A stretch of DNA of 64,000 bases from Octopus sinensis (Eukaryota): positions 50,158,001 to 50,222,000 of the forward strand of contig NC_043008.1 of NCBI RefSeq assembly GCF_006345805.1. The letters are read 5' to 3'. A program made the position numbers and the translations under genes. Below are positions 61,246 to 64,000 of this stretch, piece after piece. Below the pieces are notes generated by a model. The model saw nothing but the letters and a program-made list of their open reading frames with translations, did not search any database and was not told the DNA's origin. Numbering within the stretch: position 1 is the stretch's first letter; every line of letters starts with the position of its first letter.

Positions 61246-62237
61246 GTGAGTACCTACTTTGCTGGACAATCAGTCAGTCAGGTTTCACAGCTGTTCACAC
61301 AGTTTTTTTTAATTCTTTAACCACCTGTTCATCTTCATATTTCAATTGAAATACACAACCTTTGTGTGTGTTTCAGTTAATTTTCCTAAAGAATTATCAG
61401 GAATTTGCTGCGGTCCAGGCAGATCTGTGGGACTAAGGTGTTTGCTTCCCAGCCACTTGCTCCCTGACGGATCATGCAAGTGCATGATGTACGTATGTGA
61501 CTTCATGTGTTATTCCTGCCATCGAGCCGCATGACCTCGTCATCTGGTGAAGCTTAATCGTGTAACTTTGTCGTTATTAAGCTGGTGTCTGGAACATTAC
61601 TTAACTAAAGCACAAAATGACAGATGGTTTGGATTTAAAGACGAATGCATTAAAATGGAGTGGTTTTGTATATCACGTGAAGACGTGTTATTAAGGTGGA
61701 ATCGTTTTGAACTTAGGACAAAATACCTTTGCAATATTTCTTCTGGCTTTTCACATTCTAAGTTCAAATACTAAGTAATTTGCATAGTGGCATTTAGGCC
61801 AAGGCGTCGAGCTGGCAGAAACATTAGCACGCTGGGCGAAATGCTTAGCAGTATTTCGTCTGCCGCTACGTTCTGAGTTCAAATTCATCCGAGGTCAACT
61901 TTGCCTTTCATCCTTTTGGGGTCGATTAAATAAGTACCAGTTACGCACTGGGGTCAATGTAATCGACTTAATACATTTGTCTGTCCTTGTTCGTCCCCTC
62001 TGTGTTTAGCCCCTTGTGGGTAGTAAAGAAATAGGCATTTAGTCCATCTTAGCATTCCAAGTTCAGATTCCACCAAGGTCGACTGCCTTTCAGAGTCAGT
62101 GAAGTAAATACTAGTGAAACACTGGGGTCAACTTTATCAACTTGTCCCCTAAAATTTCAGGCCTTGTGCCAAAATTTGAAATTATTATTATTACTACTAT
62201 TATTATCTCTAATCCTATTGTATGTTGTGTTTTCCAG

Positions 62238-62441
62238 GTTGCTACCCAGCTTGCTGTCCTTATTGGTAAGATAGCTCGTATGGACTGCCCGAGGTATTGG
62301 CCTGAGTTAATCCCCACACTGTTAATGGTTGTGCGTTGTAATGATAGACTGCTACAAGAACGTTCCCTCCTTGTGCTGCATCATGTCATTAAGTCGCTGG
62401 CTTCAAAACGTCTCATGGCTGACCGCAAGCTCTTTGAAGAA
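62238..62441 (+). CDS. IPO11: Importin-11 coding exon 4 (VATQLAVLIGKIARMDCPRYWPELIPTL...LASKRLMADRKLFEE)
   Basis: Acceptor TTTCCAG, 204 nt phase 0, donor GAA|GTGAGT. ARxDCPRxWPELIPTL and LASKRL.ADRKLF are importin-11 motifs. The gene continues beyond the window. Confidence 0.95.
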
Positions 62442-64000
62442 GTGAGTGTCTTCCTTCTTGTTTTTCCCACCTACTTTATATCATATAAGCCAAAGAGGGA
62501 GAGCCTATTATCAGGCGTTCTGAAAAAATAAATTAATTCTTAGAAAATTGATATTTTCATCATCAGATGTGATATTACTTTTGCAGGGAATGCGAAAATT
62601 AATCAGACATTTCCTCAGGGTGCAGAGGAATTACTGTTCTGTCGACCTGTTAGAAACAACAGTTAAATCCCTCTCTCAAATCACGACCTCATTAACTATG
62701 TCTTGAAAACAAAAAACAAAATTTGGGGGAAACATTGGATAATGTGATCCTACATACATTATGCCTGAAATAAAGATACCAAGATATATGATATACATAC
62801 TGTACATTAGATATAGTCTTGGGTGTGACTTTAAACTGAATCCAGTAGTGGGGCCCTGGTTTTGAAGGGTGTGGAACCACTTCTTAGCCACTAAGGTTCC
62901 CAGGTCTACTCTGACCCAGAATAGCAGCACCTGTCAGGATCCCAGCTGCAGGTTAATTAACATGTTATGGAAGAAACTCTAAGCAAAAACTCTTACTGCC
63001 TTGTGAGTGTCTTGGGAAAGGAAATGGCTTAGGGAATCAGCCTTGACAGCAATAAAGAAGAAGAACCCTTTAGGCAATCTGATGCCCTCTTCGATATTCT
63101 TCAAGTAATTCCAGTAATTAAGTATTCTTCAAGTAATTAAGGCAAATTTGTTTATGAGAAGGCCACTCCAATGTAAAACCCACAACTTGCTGGTCACCAC
63201 AGCAGTCTTAGCCTACTGAGCCACTGTGGTCCAAACTCTATGCCTAAGGAGTATGAGTGAACAGAGTAGGTTGGCTATTGATACTACCATGTAGATCCCT
63301 CATTTCCTTGGGCTTCATTCAACCCTTTTTACATTAACCTGCCTGAGACTGCCCTGGTTCTATGATACAAACTTCCTGGTAACAAGGTTTAGTTACAAAA
63401 ATTCCCGACATGGCTGTATGGTTAAGAAGCCTATTTTGCATCCACACAGGTTCGGATTCAGTCCCTCTGCATAGCACTAGTAGATCCCAGGTCTGAGCAA
63501 TGCCTTGTAAGTGATTTTGATAGATGGAAGCTGTATTGAAGCTTGTTTTGTGTGTGTGTGTTTGTCTCCTTCCCAGCATTTGACAACTGCTGTTGGTTTG
63601 TTTACATCCCCCATAACTTAGCAATCTGGCAAAAGAGACATAATTTAAAAAGTACCAGACTTACGTAAAAAGTTAATACTGAGGTCAATCTATTCAAGTA
63701 AAATCCTTCAAGGCAGTGCTCCAGCAATCTGATGACTAAGACAAGTCCAAAAAAATAACAGTACTCGGTGACTTGGTAGAAAATATTGCTTTAGCCGTAA
63801 GCTTAACAAACTTCAACCTAGCTGACCACCTCATCAGTACATTACAGTCGGTTGTTTTTGAGAGGAAAAAACAGAAACGCAGCCTGGTGATCTGCCTGCT
63901 CAATATTCAATAAGACATATTTATGAAATTAACCCTTTCCCTATATCTCCAAGCAGCTGGAAGCCTGCACAATGTCTCCCACTCTAAAATCAATAAAACC

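Overview
AT-rich, microsatellite-saturated animal genomic DNA. The SINE/LINE repertoire looks like that of Octopus, but this is recognition from memory, not a database result. The only well-supported host gene is the 5' part of importin-11 (IPO11) on the + strand. It has four coding exons (41886-42023, 60090-60190, 61173-61245, 62238-62441) with canonical GT-AG sites and compatible phases, an 18 kb first coding intron, and continues past the window. Most of the rest is repeat-derived: several SINE families, CR1, RTE and R4/Dong-type LINE fragments, decayed mariners, hAT/Tc1/piggyBac-type MITEs, a head-to-tail Helitron array, a Penelope-like endonuclease remnant and a decayed 5' 28S rRNA copy. 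Most ORF-track entries are microsatellite or SINE artefacts. The most interesting signal is a set of short asymmetric fold-back (hairpin) elements of unrelated sequence, sitting in (TA)n tracts, several carrying hammerhead-ribozyme motifs. One of them (11476-11760) has an intact hammerhead catalytic core on both strands. Weak evidence also suggests a spliced, largely non-coding minus-strand transcript divergent from IPO11.
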